Source: the human T2T-CHM13v2.0 reference genome, Homo sapiens
Length of the DNA stretch: 64,000 nt
NCBI RefSeq assembly: GCF_009914755.1
Contig: NC_060930.1
Reading direction: 5' to 3' (one strand)
Both the position numbers and the translations under genes were made by a program. Below, piece after piece: positions 62,400 to 64,000 of this stretch (position 1 is the first letter of the stretch; each line of letters begins with the position of its first letter). The notes under the pieces are model-generated. The model had not been told where the DNA came from. It searched no databases and saw only the letters and a list, made by a program, of their open reading frames with translations.

Positions 62400-64000
62400 C
62401 AAAATCCAACACTATTTAAAGTAATAAAACAAAACCTGGAAGTAAAAATCATAAAATTCAAAATGTATGGCATCCAATAAAATATTATCAGGCATACAAA
62501 ACAAAAACCAAGACCCATAATCAGAAGATAAACTAATCAAATTGAAATATATCCAGAAACGACAGAACTACCCCACAAAAATGTTAGACAGCTATTATAA
62601 TGTGCTCCAAATGTTCAAGAAGGTAGAGAAAAGTACAATCATAGTGAGGAGAAACATAAGATATTTAAAAAGATTCAGATGAGTCCGGGTGTGGCAGCTC
62701 ACACCTGTAATCCCAGCACTTTGGGAGGCCCAGGAGGGTGGATCATCTGAGGTGAGGAGTTCAAGACCAGCCTGGCCAACATGGTGAAACCCTGTCTGTA
62801 CTAAAAATATAAAAATTAGCCAGGCATGGTGGTGGGCACCTGTAATCTCAGCTACTCAGGAGGCTGAGGCAGGAGAATTGCTTGAATCGGGAGGCAGAGT
62901 TCGCAGTGAGCTGGAAGTTGAGATTGCACCACTGCACTCCAGCCTGGGCAACAAGAGTGAAACTTAGTCTCAAAAGAAAAAAAAAAAAAGATTCAGATGA
63001 AATTGTAAAGATGGAAAATGCAATATGTTAAATGAAAAATCCATCAGATGAAATCAAAGACAAATTCAATACTGCAGAAAAGAAAAAAAAATCAGTGAAC
63101 TTGAAGACAAGCAATACAGACTGTTCAACATGAAGGACAAAAAAAAACACAAAAAACCACAGGGAAAAAAATGAATAGAGCAACAATCATCTGAGGGACA
63201 ATGTTAAGAAGTATAATGTATGTGTTAATGGAGTTCCAGAAGGGGAGAACACAAAAGTTTAATTCTTTTGAAATGATTGAAAATTTTTCACATTTGATGA
63301 AAACTGGAAACAAGTTCAAGAACTCAGCAAACCCCAAGCAGAATAAATATAAAGAAAAACACACCAAGACACATAATAATAAAAAAAGATAACCAGTGAT
63401 AAAGGGAAAATCCTAAAAGAATCTGGATGGAGGGGGTCCAGAAGACACACTACAAACAGAGAAACAAAAATGAGAAATACAGCAGACTGCTTCAAAAGCT
63501 ATGGAAGCCAGAGACAATGGAAAGACATCTAACCGCACAGGAAAACAAAAAAAAAGAAAACCCAAATATATCAACCTAGAATTCTGTATTTAGCAAAAAG
63601 ACCTGAGAGAATGTTACTAGATTTACTGCTCTATATGAATGTTAGAGAAAGTTCTTTACATCAAAAGAAATTATATCAGATGTTAATTTAAATCAATACA
63701 AATGAATGAAGAGCTCTGGAGATGGTAAAAATATGCATAAATAGAAAACATTTTTTAACAGTTTGAAACTTCTTTAAAAAGAATTAACTAAAGCAAAACT
63801 AATGAATTGTCAAGTTTATAATATAGATAAAAGTAAAATGTATGACAACAATAACACAAAAGTGGGGAAATAGAAGCATTGTTATGAGTCTTACACTATA
63901 CATGAATTGAAGGTAGACAGTAATAAGCTTAAAAATGTATATTGTAAACCCTGAAGTAACCACTAAAATAGTGAAATAAAGTGGTTACTTTATCATAATA
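62400..64000 (+). mobile_element. Old L1M (MC/MD/ME-like) ORF1 region
   Basis: atcagtgaacttgaagacaagcaatacaga, ggagttccagaagggg, tcaacctagaattctgtat; similar to 31200-32600. Confidence 0.8.
62683..62984 (+). mobile_element. AluSq-like
   Basis: ggcaacaagagtgaaac; TSD aaaaagattcagatga. Confidence 0.95.

Overview
Primate genomic DNA, most likely human: it carries an AluYa5 with all five Ya5 diagnostic positions, plus L1PA3 and THE1 elements. The window is AT-rich, CpG-poor and dominated by interspersed repeats (Alu, L1, L2, MIR, ERVL/MaLR LTRs, Tigger/MER20/MADE1 DNA transposons). I find no intact protein-coding gene, RNA gene or CRISPR-like array; almost all listed ORFs are repeat-derived or chance. 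The one clear gene-derived feature is a full-length processed pseudogene of CHAF1B (~15960-18255, +). It sits in a 9.3-kb stack of four insertions (AluJ, CHAF1B retrocopy, MLT2A LTR, L1PB) at one ~20-bp site, shown by three exact copies of TAAAAACACATACAT. The best novelty candidate is a heavily decayed minus-strand reading frame at ~130-1150 whose motifs line up in order with the TEX15 domain, with a weaker second segment at ~48920-49163 on the same strand. This may be an unannotated dead TEX15 paralog, but it rests on my recollection of the TEX15 sequence and needs an HMM/tblastn check. Repeat subfamily names come from recalled consensus sequences; boundaries without TSDs are approximate.
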